A DNA stretch of 33,084 nucleotides from Thermoplasmatota archaeon. Its GTDB lineage: Archaea; Thermoplasmatota; E2; DHVEG-1; B18-G2. The notes beneath the pieces are model-generated. The model did not search any database, was not told where the DNA came from, and saw nothing but the letters and a program-made list of their open reading frames with translations. Positions 8,317-17,154 of this stretch are shown in pieces. Every line of letters starts with the position of its first letter. The stretch's first letter is position 1. The DNA is taken from positions 1 to 33,084 of the forward strand of contig JAPDJO010000092.1 in NCBI GenBank assembly GCA_029259115.1. The letters run 5' to 3'. The position numbers and the translations under genes were made by a program.

Positions 8317-9063
8317 ATGAAGGTTATCGATTACATAATGAGAGAACTAGAGAAATATCCTCTCCATTTCTCTCTGATAGATCCCGAAAAGCAATCTCCA
8401 GAGGAAGCAGGGGAGATGGCAGAGATAGCGGAGAAGGTTGGAAGCACAGCTATAATGGTTGGAGGCTCTACGATTCCTGAACAAAAGTTGGTTGATGATA
8501 CCGTAAAAGAGATAAAGTCCTTCTCATCCTTACCTGTTATTCTATTCCCGTGTGGAGCAGGCTTTCTTAGTAGATATGCAGATGCCGTGTTTTTCATGAG
8601 TTTGCTAAACTCTAGAAACCCCAAGTACATTGTTAGAGAACAGGCTGAAGGTTCTTTGATAGTCAGGGAGTTTGGTATAGAGCCTATACCAATGGGATAT
8701 ATAGTAGTTGAACCTGGTATGAGGGCTGGAGAGGTAGGAGAAGCTGATTTGATAAAGAGAAATGATTTTCTCACAGCAACAAAATATGCTCTCGCAGCAC
8801 AATACATGGGAATGAAATTTGTTTATCTCGAGGCAGGATCTGGAGCTAAAGAATCTGTACCAAATGAGATGATTGTTCATGTCAAGAAGAATATAGATAT
8901 ACCTCTCATAGTCGGCGGAGGTATAAGAGATCCAGCGACCGCAAGAGAAAAGGTAATGGCAGGTGCAGATATAATTGTTACTGGAACAGCTCTTGAAGAG
9001 ATATTCTTTGAAAGGAGATTATCAAGCATCGTGAAGACTATAAAAGGTTGCAAGAGAGTATGA
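8317..9063 (+). CDS. Geranylgeranylglyceryl phosphate synthase (group II GGGPS)
   Basis: LIDPEK, IMVGGST, FMSLLNS, YLEAGSGA, IVGGGIR and AGADIIVTG motifs. Confidence 0.95.
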   Translation: MKVIDYIMRELEKYPLHFSLIDPEKQSPEEAGEMAEIAEKVGSTAIMVGGSTIPEQKLVDDTVKEIKSFSSLPVILFPCGAGFLSRYADAVFFMSLLNSRNPKYIVREQAEGSLIVREFGIEPIPMGYIVVEPGMRAGEVGEADLIKRNDFLTATKYALAAQYMGMKFVYLEAGSGAKESVPNEMIVHVKKNIDIPLIVGGGIRDPATAREKVMAGADIIVTGTALEEIFFERRLSSIVKTIKGCKRV

Positions 9064-9614
9064 GAGTTGTAGTCGGAATAACTGGAGCATCCGGAGCAAT
9101 CTACGGTTTGAGGGTTTTAGAGGAATTAAAGAAGAGGAAAGCAGAGATTCACCTGATTATCTCAAAGAATGCAGCTTTCATAATAAAAGGGGAATGCGGA
9201 AAGGACTTGGAAGAAGTGAAAAGATTAGCCGATAGGTTTTATGAGAATCATGATTTTTCATCCCCTCTGGCAAGTGGCTCCTTCAAGATCGATGCCATGA
9301 TTGTTGTACCATGCAGCGTAAAGACTTTGTCAGCTATAGCAAATAGTTATGCAGACACTCTTATATCCAGATCTGCCATCAACTGTTTAAAAGAGGGGCG
9401 AAAACTTATTCTGGTTCCAAGGGAAACTCCTCTAGACATAGTTACTATAGAAAACCTGTTCAAAGCAAAGCAAGCAGGCGCAATTATATTGCCAGCAATG
9501 CCGGCATTTTATCATCAACCGAGAGATATAGATGATCTAATCGATTTTGTAGTCGGAAAGATACTGGATCAACTTGGTATAGAACACAATCTGTTTAAAA
9601 GATGGATGGAGTAA
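9060..9614 (+). CDS. ubiX: Flavin prenyltransferase UbiX
   Basis: VGITGASGAIYG, ASGS, VPCSVKTLS, LVPRETP and PAMPAFYHQP motifs; ATGA overlap with the GGGPS stop. Confidence 0.95.
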   Translation: MRVVVGITGASGAIYGLRVLEELKKRKAEIHLIISKNAAFIIKGECGKDLEEVKRLADRFYENHDFSSPLASGSFKIDAMIVVPCSVKTLSAIANSYADTLISRSAINCLKEGRKLILVPRETPLDIVTIENLFKAKQAGAIILPAMPAFYHQPRDIDDLIDFVVGKILDQLGIEHNLFKRWME

Positions 9615-9616
9615 AG

Positions 9617-10201
9617 CTATCTATTTTCCTCACAGATCTTTATAAAATTCTTGAAAATCTCTACCCCGAACTCAGTATGCTCAACCTCTGGATGAAACTG
9701 TAATCCGATTATAGGTTTATTTTTATGTGCCATCGCTTCAACCTCACAACCTTCTGAATGAGCGAGGACATCAAAATCTTTTGGAACTATCGTAACCTCA
9801 TCATTATGTGATGCCCATGCTGTGCTTCTCTTTGGAATTCCCTCAAATATCTCATGATCCTTATCTATTATAAGCTCTATTCTACCAAACTCTGGTACAA
9901 CCGCAGGTTCTACTTTTCCTCCAAAGAATCTTGCTATGAATTGATGACCTGCACATATGCCTAGGATGGGAAAATCTGCTTTTTCGAGATACTCTCCACA
10001 TCTTCCCAATTGCTCACTCAGTCCTATCCTTGGTGCTCCTCCCGATAAAACCAAGCCATCTGCACCTTTCTCAACCAATTCTTCAAATGGAGTAGTGTTT
10101 GGGAAAATGTGGGTTTGCACACCTAAGTACTTCAATACCCTCCACTCTCTATGGGTCCATTGTCCACCGTTATCTATAACGAATATCTTAACTTTGCTCA
10201 T
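9617..10201 (-). CDS. guaAA: GMP synthase subunit A (glutamine amidotransferase)
   Basis: DNGGQWTHR, LGICAGHQ (catalytic Cys), QFHPEV. Confidence 0.95.
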   Translation of the reverse strand: MSKVKIFVIDNGGQWTHREWRVLKYLGVQTHIFPNTTPFEELVEKGADGLVLSGGAPRIGLSEQLGRCGEYLEKADFPILGICAGHQFIARFFGGKVEPAVVPEFGRIELIIDKDHEIFEGIPKRSTAWASHNDEVTIVPKDFDVLAHSEGCEVEAMAHKNKPIIGLQFHPEVEHTEFGVEIFKNFIKICEENR

Positions 10202-10203
10202 CT

Positions 10204-11151
10204 CTACTCCCATTCTATGGTTGCGGGAGGTTTATTTGTTATATCATAAACTACTCTTGTAACTTTATCTCCTATCTCATTTGATATCCTAGTAGCTATT
10301 TTGTCCAAGACATCATGTGGTATTCTGCTGAAAGATCCCGTCATCGCGTCTACACTATCTATGGCTCTAACAGCTATAGTATACCCATAGGCTCTCTTAT
10401 CTCCATGAACACCAACTGTTCTGACTGGTAGAAGAACTGCAAAATACTGCCAAGGTAAGGGCATCTTCCCATCTTTGCTAGCTTTTTCTATCTCTTCTTC
10501 AACGATGGCACATGCCTCTCTGACTATCTCTATCTTTTCTTTCGTAACTTCTCCGATTACTCTTACAGCAAGACCTGGACCTGGAAAAGGCTGTTTTTCT
10601 GATACGGGTATATCAAGAAATCTAGCAACCTTTCTCACCTCATCCTTGTAAAGGTCTCTGAGAGGTTCTACCACCTTGAGTTTTATATCCTTGGGCAAAC
10701 CTCCGACATTATGATGAGTTTTTATTGTATCTCTCAATTGGTCTCCAGACTCTATCCAGTCAGGGGCTATCGTCCCCTGAATTAGATATTCTATATCTTT
10801 TTCTTCAGCAAATTCTTCGAATATCCTTATGAAAAGCTCCCCTATGATCTTTCTCTTCTCCTCAGGATCCTTTATGCCTTTCAGCTTTTCGAAAAATCTT
10901 TCGCTTGCATCTATGTAGTTGAGATGAATACCCAATCTCTGGAAGAGATTTCTAACCTGCTCAGACTCATTTTTCCTTAACAAACCTGTGTTAACATGGA
11001 GAGCATATAGCTTTTCTCCTATAGCTTTATATGCCAAAACGGCAGCAACTGTAGAGTCTACACCTCCAGAGCAGGCTATCAATGCCTTCCCCTTTATTTC
11101 CTCTCTCAACTTCTTTATCGCATCATCGACAAATTCCTTAGGATCGAACAT
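10204..11151 (-). CDS. guaAB: GMP synthase subunit B (ATP pyrophosphatase)
   Basis: [34 protein letters not shown]; GGTGA SD before ATG 11151. Confidence 0.96.
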   Translation of the reverse strand: MFDPKEFVDDAIKKLREEIKGKALIACSGGVDSTVAAVLAYKAIGEKLYALHVNTGLLRKNESEQVRNLFQRLGIHLNYIDASERFFEKLKGIKDPEEKRKIIGELFIRIFEEFAEEKDIEYLIQGTIAPDWIESGDQLRDTIKTHHNVGGLPKDIKLKVVEPLRDLYKDEVRKVARFLDIPVSEKQPFPGPGLAVRVIGEVTKEKIEIVREACAIVEEEIEKASKDGKMPLPWQYFAVLLPVRTVGVHGDKRAYGYTIAVRAIDSVDAMTGSFSRIPHDVLDKIATRISNEIGDKVTRVVYDITNKPPATIEWE

Positions 11152-11599
11152 TCTGTTCACCAATGATCTTTCTTTTCATCTCCTCTCTATACTCCCTTAA
11201 CTTCTCTTTCAATTCTTCATATTTCAAAGATAAGATTTCTATGGCAAGGAGAGCTGCGTTTTCCCCTCTATCTAAGCCAACAGCAGCAACAGGTATACCA
11301 GGGGGCATTTGGACTATAGACAATATCGCATCAAGATTAACTTTTCCACTGACAGGGACACCTATTACAGGTTTTGTTGTGTGAGAAGCCATAACACCTG
11401 GTAGAGCAGCGGAGAGTCCAGCAACTCCTATGAAAACATCGGCATCGCTATTCTCTACGAGTTCTTTTACTCTTTCTGGAGTTCTATGCGCTGAAGCTAT
11501 ATCTAACCTATAGTCTACTCCAAACTTCTCTAGAGTGTCTATTATCTTTTCACCAACATGCTGATCTGATTTGGATCCCATTATTATGTGAACTTTCAT
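11138..11599 (-). CDS. purE: N5-CAIR mutase / AIR carboxylase PurE
   Basis: [35 protein letters not shown]. Confidence 0.96.
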   Translation of the reverse strand: MKVHIIMGSKSDQHVGEKIIDTLEKFGVDYRLDIASAHRTPERVKELVENSDADVFIGVAGLSAALPGVMASHTTKPVIGVPVSGKVNLDAILSIVQMPPGIPVAAVGLDRGENAALLAIEILSLKYEELKEKLREYREEMKRKIIGEQNVRS

Positions 11600-11719
11600 G
11601 AGCGAGAAATAAGAATTGAGATATTAATTATTATCGAAAGAAGTTCAAGGAAATATGGACTAAATCTTAAAAACTAACTAACGAAAAGGTTAAGAAGTTA
11701 TCTGCCGTTCCAAGTCACC

Positions 11720-12184
11720 ATGAAAGTGGCAAAAATTCTCTCGGTAGGTTTCACGATTGGGTTATTGTGTCTTACTGGTTGTATGCAGAAGGAAACTAAA
11801 TTGACACAAACAAGCGAATATGAAACCTTTCTGGATGACTTTCTGAAGATGTTAACAGATGGTCAATTCGAAGAAGCTGCTAACCTTGTAATAAATTCGT
11901 CTGGAGAGCAGTTAAGTGAGAATAAGAAGGATAAGCTAATTTCCATGTGGAATAGTACATTCAGCAGAGAGCTATCTTATGAGATACTGAACTCTACCAA
12001 AATAGACGATAATACGCTAGCAGGTACACCTTTTGATGAAGGGAGAATGTTTACAGTAAGACTTATAACCAATGGAAGTGAATCTTCGACAGCATATTTC
12101 GTCGTTAGATACAACAATAAATTGTGGATTTGGCTACCACCTATGATGGAAGAACTCTTAGAAATGGCGCCGTGGGAGGAATAA
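11720..12184 (+). CDS. Putative lipoprotein
   Basis: Basic N-terminus, hydrophobic core and lipobox LTGC; small alpha/beta domain. Confidence 0.7.
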   Translation: MKVAKILSVGFTIGLLCLTGCMQKETKLTQTSEYETFLDDFLKMLTDGQFEEAANLVINSSGEQLSENKKDKLISMWNSTFSRELSYEILNSTKIDDNTLAGTPFDEGRMFTVRLITNGSESSTAYFVVRYNNKLWIWLPPMMEELLEMAPWEE

Positions 12185-12218
12185 CTTAATATCCAGTTAT
12201 CAACTTAACCATCAGATA

Positions 12219-14198
12219 ATGAAGCTTGTGATATGCGAGAAGCAGATCGCTGCCAAGAGGATAGCAAACATATTGTCTAAAGGTAAATTTAAGAGAAATA
12301 GCATAGGGAAAATTCCTTTTTACTCATTCAAAAGAGATAACGAAGAATGGGCTGTTGTCGGATTAAAAGGGCATATAATAACCATAGACTTCCCAAAAGA
12401 ACTAAACCGATGGCGTTCTGTTCCTCTGGAGAAGTTAGTCTGGTCTCAACCTGTTAAGATAGTGTCAAACAAAGAAATAGAGAAAGTATTGAAGAGCTTC
12501 TCGAAACATGATCTAGATATTATAGTTGCAACAGATTTCGACAGAGAAGGAGAACTTATCGGTCTGGAGACGGTCGAATTATTAAAAAAATATGGTAAAA
12601 ACATAAAGAGTATCAAGAGGGCTAGATTTAGCACATTAACTAAAGATGAGATCGAAAAAGCCTTCTCCAATCTGGTTGACATTGACTACAACCTAGCTAG
12701 ATCCGCAGAAGCGAGACAGATTATAGATCTAGTATGGGGAGCCACTCTAACGAGATTCATATCTCTATCAGCAAACAGACATGGCAAGGATTTCCTATCT
12801 ATAGGGAGAGTTCAATCTCCAACCTTAGCTATGATTGTCGAAAGAGAGAGAGAAATAAGAGACTTTGTTCCAAAACCATACTGGCAGATCTTAGCCATTC
12901 TCAAAAAAGGTGAGGAGTTTTTTGCTGTGCATTCGAAGGGAAACATTTTTGATGAAGATATAGCCAAGAGAATCTATGAAAGGGTCAAGGGAGAAAAGGT
13001 AGCTATAGTTAGAGAGTATAGCGAGAGAAGAAAGAAAGAGTCACCACCACCTCCTTTTGACACTACCTCTTTTCTTGCTGCGGCGTCTAACTTTTTAAAG
13101 ATATCTGCTCCAAGAGCTATGGAGATAGCTGAAAATCTCTATATGAATGGTTGGATATCTTATCCAAGAACCGATAATACAGTGTATCCAAAATCTATAC
13201 CCATACCTAAGATACTAAATAATCTATCAAAAGCGTATCCTGATGAGGTTAATTTTGTGAAGTCTAAGATGGGGAGCGTGCCAAGTAGAGGAAAAAAGAG
13301 ATCCACAGATCATCCACCTATTCATCCTGTTGATGTACCTCCTATAGATAAGCTCAGCAAGGACCAAAAAAGGATATATGATCTAGTAGTTAGAAGGTTT
13401 TTGGCAACACTAACTGAAGATTCACTGGTTGAATTCAGGAGAGGTATTTTAGAGATAAATGGTGAGAAGTTTGTAGCAGAGGGGAAAGTGACTATCGAGA
13501 AAAATTGGAAAGAAATATATCCCATCAGAGAAGATGAAAGAAAGATACCGAAACTCGAAAATGGAGAAAATGTGAAGATTGTTGCTATTAAATTGGTAAG
13601 AAAGGAAACAAAACCACCAAAAAGGTTCACGCAGGGAACACTGATATCTGAAATGGAAAAGCTTGGATTGGGTACAAAATCTACGAGACACGAAATAATA
13701 AAAAAGCTTTACAGTAGAAAGTATGTGGTTGGTTCAAATCTTATACCAACCGAAAGTGCTTTTGCAGTTATAGATACAATCAAACCCTATGATATATCAA
13801 AGCCAGATATGACTGCTCATCTTGAGAAAGAGATGGATAAGATCGCTGAGGGTTCAAAAGATAGAGATGAGGTTATCAAAGAATCAAGAGAAATGCTTAG
13901 CAAGGTTCTTGAGTCTCTCAGAAAAGAAGAAGATAGCATAAAGAAAAGTTTAAAGACAGCTATTAGAACACAGTCTAGAATAGGAAGATGCCCAAAATGT
14001 GGCAGGGATCTTGTAATAAGGTATTCCTCTAGCAGGAAAAGGTTCGTAGGTTGCACAGGTTATCCTAACTGTAAAGTTACTTACCCTCTCCCCCAGAAGG
14101 GTCGTATAGAGAGAACCAATAAGACTTGCAAGTGTGGTGCACCGATTGTAAAGATTAATGGTAGAGAGATTTGTCTTGATCCGAATTGTGAAAGATAA
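12219..14198 (+). CDS. topA: DNA topoisomerase type IA
   Basis: ICEK, ATDFDREGELIG, SIGRVQSPTL, ISYPRTD (catalytic Tyr), GLGTKSTR; C-terminal C4 Zn ribbons. Confidence 0.96.
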   Translation: MKLVICEKQIAAKRIANILSKGKFKRNSIGKIPFYSFKRDNEEWAVVGLKGHIITIDFPKELNRWRSVPLEKLVWSQPVKIVSNKEIEKVLKSFSKHDLDIIVATDFDREGELIGLETVELLKKYGKNIKSIKRARFSTLTKDEIEKAFSNLVDIDYNLARSAEARQIIDLVWGATLTRFISLSANRHGKDFLSIGRVQSPTLAMIVEREREIRDFVPKPYWQILAILKKGEEFFAVHSKGNIFDEDIAKRIYERVKGEKVAIVREYSERRKKESPPPPFDTTSFLAAASNFLKISAPRAMEIAENLYMNGWISYPRTDNTVYPKSIPIPKILNNLSKAYPDEVNFVKSKMGSVPSRGKKRSTDHPPIHPVDVPPIDKLSKDQKRIYDLVVRRFLATLTEDSLVEFRRGILEINGEKFVAEGKVTIEKNWKEIYPIREDERKIPKLENGENVKIVAIKLVRKETKPPKRFTQGTLISEMEKLGLGTKSTRHEIIKKLYSRKYVVGSNLIPTESAFAVIDTIKPYDISKPDMTAHLEKEMDKIAEGSKDRDEVIKESREMLSKVLESLRKEEDSIKKSLKTAIRTQSRIGRCPKCGRDLVIRYSSSRKRFVGCTGYPNCKVTYPLPQKGRIERTNKTCKCGAPIVKINGREICLDPNCER

Positions 14199-14247
14199 TT
14201 CTTATACAAGAAAGTATTTATACAAATTTTATCATAAAATTATAGCG

Positions 14248-16122
14248 ATGGAATTATCTAAATCATCTCTAGCAATACTTATCTCAGTTGTAGTCATAGC
14301 CTCCATCATTATCATCCCAACCAATTCCATATTCTCCAAGCATGATGTGGATATCGGTATTGATGACTTGAATGACTTTAAGTTAGGAAAGGATAAAAGT
14401 CACTTTAGGATTTTAAAAGGTTTAGAGAAAAAGTATGATGAAATGGTGCTAGATAAGGTAGAAATGGTTCATAGTTTGTCTTCTTTTGATACTGATCTTA
14501 TTTCACAACTTCCAGGTATAAATCCCGATGTTGTAACTTATAGAGATAAGATACTTATCGTATACGAGCATGTTGGAGAATATAAAAACATAACAATGCA
14601 ATATTCAAGAGATCATGGAAGAACTTGGTCAGATGCTCTGTTTTCCAGAGGGCCCGAACTCTTTAACTATCCTTTCGAAAGATCAAACCAGACTGATCCT
14701 GATATCGCTATAAAGCCAAATGGTTACGCCATATGTGTATTCGAATCTGATGATAACAATTCGAGACTGTACATGCTAGAGTTTCCAGATATAACAGATT
14801 CTTCAAGCTGGAAGGTTTCGTGGATAGACCTTTACTATCTAGAAGGAAAGTTGTACTCATATAGAATAAGTAACCTTCATGATCTAGCTATAGACATAGC
14901 GGATAACAATAGGATACTCATAGCTGGTGTTGGGGATATAACAAATCTTTCCTCAGGTATCACACTACATCAGGCTCCGGTGATATTCTATAGTAATGAT
15001 GGTGGCGATAAATTCACTATAATATTCTCAGAGGATACTCCTTACAGAAATTTACAGAAGACCAGCGTATCCTTTGATGTGGGGGCATTTGTTACATATC
15101 AAATAGCGAATGAGGGTATCCTCTGTCTATACTTCCCTGATGGAGATTTTGATAAAGATTGGGAAGAATTTGATTTAGAAGATAGAGATCTTACTCGTTA
15201 CAGGAATCCTTCGGTTTACACATGGGAAAGTAATGTTGTTATTATACTCGAGAGTATAAGTTACAACAATAGCGATATAGCATATTTTTACTCACAAGAT
15301 CTTGGAAGTAATTGGTCACCAGGAACTATCGATGTTGCTTGTTCATCTGAGAACGAAAAGTATCCTTGCATAATTTATCAGCAGGACAAATTTATGATTT
15401 CTTTTGAAAAAGATGGAAATCTGTACATAACAAATTCTACCGATTTTGAGACATGGAGTGATCCTGAAAAAGTAAATGAAATGGATGGATCGATATACCC
15501 TTACTTCGGTTTTTCAGAATTTGGAAATGAATATGGTATAGTTTGGAGTGAAATAGAAGAAGATATACCTGTCGTCAAATTTTCTGATATGAGAAAAGAG
15601 GCAGATGAAAATGAAGATTACGTGGATCTCAGAATTACAGGTAATATCACTTTCAAAAGTAGTGGAGAAAGAATCGTAAAGAATATGAAAAATGTTCTAT
15701 CCATAGAAATTGAAAATACAGGCTCGATAGATTCTGATTCGTTTTTAGTTACAGCATATATCAAGTACAAGAATAAGGAAAGGCTTAATCCGATAGCTGT
15801 AAAGAATGTAGGTGGTTTGAAGAAAGGAGAAAGGGTAGAGGTAAACTTAACTCTATTCTATCCAAGCTTAAGGGATGTTGTTAAAGCCCTTGTTTCTTTC
15901 GTAAATGTGGACTCTATCGTGATAAAAGTTGATTCAGATGATTCCATCGCTGAAAAGGATGAGAGCAACAACAATATTACTATCGATGTTAGCTATGGAA
16001 CTTTCTTCCCGAAATTAGTTTGGGTCGAAGACATGATACTGAGAATAGTAGAGGGTAGAAATCTAAATTCTGAAAGTGTTGAGGAACTTGTTGTTAATAT
16101 GCTCTCTGATGAGCTTTCATAA
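14248..16122 (+). CDS. Membrane-anchored BNR/Asp-box (sialidase-fold beta-propeller) protein with C-terminal CARDB domain
   Basis: N-terminal TM; Asp-boxes YSRDHGRTWS, YSNDGGDKF, YSQDLGSNWS, NSTDFETWS; CARDB motifs DLRI..IENTG..VDSDDSIAEKDESNN. Confidence 0.8.
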   Translation: MELSKSSLAILISVVVIASIIIIPTNSIFSKHDVDIGIDDLNDFKLGKDKSHFRILKGLEKKYDEMVLDKVEMVHSLSSFDTDLISQLPGINPDVVTYRDKILIVYEHVGEYKNITMQYSRDHGRTWSDALFSRGPELFNYPFERSNQTDPDIAIKPNGYAICVFESDDNNSRLYMLEFPDITDSSSWKVSWIDLYYLEGKLYSYRISNLHDLAIDIADNNRILIAGVGDITNLSSGITLHQAPVIFYSNDGGDKFTIIFSEDTPYRNLQKTSVSFDVGAFVTYQIANEGILCLYFPDGDFDKDWEEFDLEDRDLTRYRNPSVYTWESNVVIILESISYNNSDIAYFYSQDLGSNWSPGTIDVACSSENEKYPCIIYQQDKFMISFEKDGNLYITNSTDFETWSDPEKVNEMDGSIYPYFGFSEFGNEYGIVWSEIEEDIPVVKFSDMRKEADENEDYVDLRITGNITFKSSGERIVKNMKNVLSIEIENTGSIDSDSFLVTAYIKYKNKERLNPIAVKNVGGLKKGERVEVNLTLFYPSLRDVVKALVSFVNVDSIVIKVDSDDSIAEKDESNNNITIDVSYGTFFPKLVWVEDMILRIVEGRNLNSESVEELVVNMLSDELS

Positions 16123-17092
16123 CTACATCTATCTCATTTGGCTTAAACACACCGAATTCTGTTATGAAAGCTGTCACATATTTCGAAGGTGTGACATCGA
16201 ATGCTGGATTTTTAACATTCATCCATTCTGGAACTATTTCTACATCTCTTATCTTTCTAACTTCTTCGCCTTTCCTCTCCTCTATAACTATATCATCTCC
16301 ACTTTCGATTTTGTTGTCAAAAGTAGAAATAGGCGCAGCAACGTAGAATGGAATATCATTCTCTCTAGCTAAAACGGCCTTTTCGTATGTTCCTATCTTA
16401 TTTGCAAAATCCCCATTTTTAGCAATTCTATCGGCACCAACGATGACAAGGTCTATTTCTCCTTTCTCCATATAATAGCCTGCTGCATTATCTGGTATAA
16501 CAACATAATCTATACCTTCTTGCTCTAACTCCCAAGCAGTGATCAAGCCTTGTAATCTCGGTCTTGTTTCATCGACAAAAACAAAAGTATTCTTTCCCTT
16601 CTCCTTAGCTATCCTGATGGGTGACAAGGCTGTCCCATAATCTACAGTAGCTAATGCTCCGGCATTACAATGCGTTAGTATTCTAGCATCGTTTGGTATA
16701 AGCTTCTCTCCATACTCGCCTATCTTCTTACACTTCTCTATTATCATATCTGTATACTCATTGGCTGCATCCAATGAATCTTTACCATTCTCGATTTGTT
16801 TTTTCATATAATCTAAAGCATAAAAAAGATCATGAGCTGTTGGTCTTGTACTACTCAGTTTTCTTATTGCTGTATCCAGTTCTTTTCTATCTACCAAAAC
16901 CAAACCATACGCGGCAGCACATCCTATAGCTGGAGCACCTCTAACCACCATTTCCTTTATCGCGAAAACGACATCATCTAGGGTTCTCGCCTCATAGAAT
17001 GAGAGTTCGAAAGGTAATTTCCTTTGATCTATCATTATCAGTTTTCCATCTTCAAACCATAAAGATCTGTAATCTTTTCCGTTAATCTTCAT
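16094..17092 (-). CDS. mtnA: S-methyl-5-thioribose-1-phosphate isomerase
   Basis: IDQRKLP, MVVRGAPAIG, TRPTA, THCNAGALAT, DETRPRLQG, GADRI, NKIGTY, NPAFDVTP. Confidence 0.93.
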   Translation of the reverse strand: MKINGKDYRSLWFEDGKLIMIDQRKLPFELSFYEARTLDDVVFAIKEMVVRGAPAIGCAAAYGLVLVDRKELDTAIRKLSSTRPTAHDLFYALDYMKKQIENGKDSLDAANEYTDMIIEKCKKIGEYGEKLIPNDARILTHCNAGALATVDYGTALSPIRIAKEKGKNTFVFVDETRPRLQGLITAWELEQEGIDYVVIPDNAAGYYMEKGEIDLVIVGADRIAKNGDFANKIGTYEKAVLARENDIPFYVAAPISTFDNKIESGDDIVIEERKGEEVRKIRDVEIVPEWMNVKNPAFDVTPSKYVTAFITEFGVFKPNEIDVVMKAHQRAY

Positions 17093-17154
17093 GGATTTTG
17101 AAAACGATAACTCCAACATAAACTTTCTTAACAGTTTTTCATTTCTATCTGCAA

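Noticed and set aside
14158-14247. Extension of the 654-aa ORF into topA
   Set aside because: A TATA box and the signal anchor point to ATG 14248.
16094-17092. Ribose-1,5-bisphosphate isomerase or eIF2B assignment
   Set aside because: DQRxLP, HCNAGALAT and QG-x-TAWEL motifs fit MtnA.
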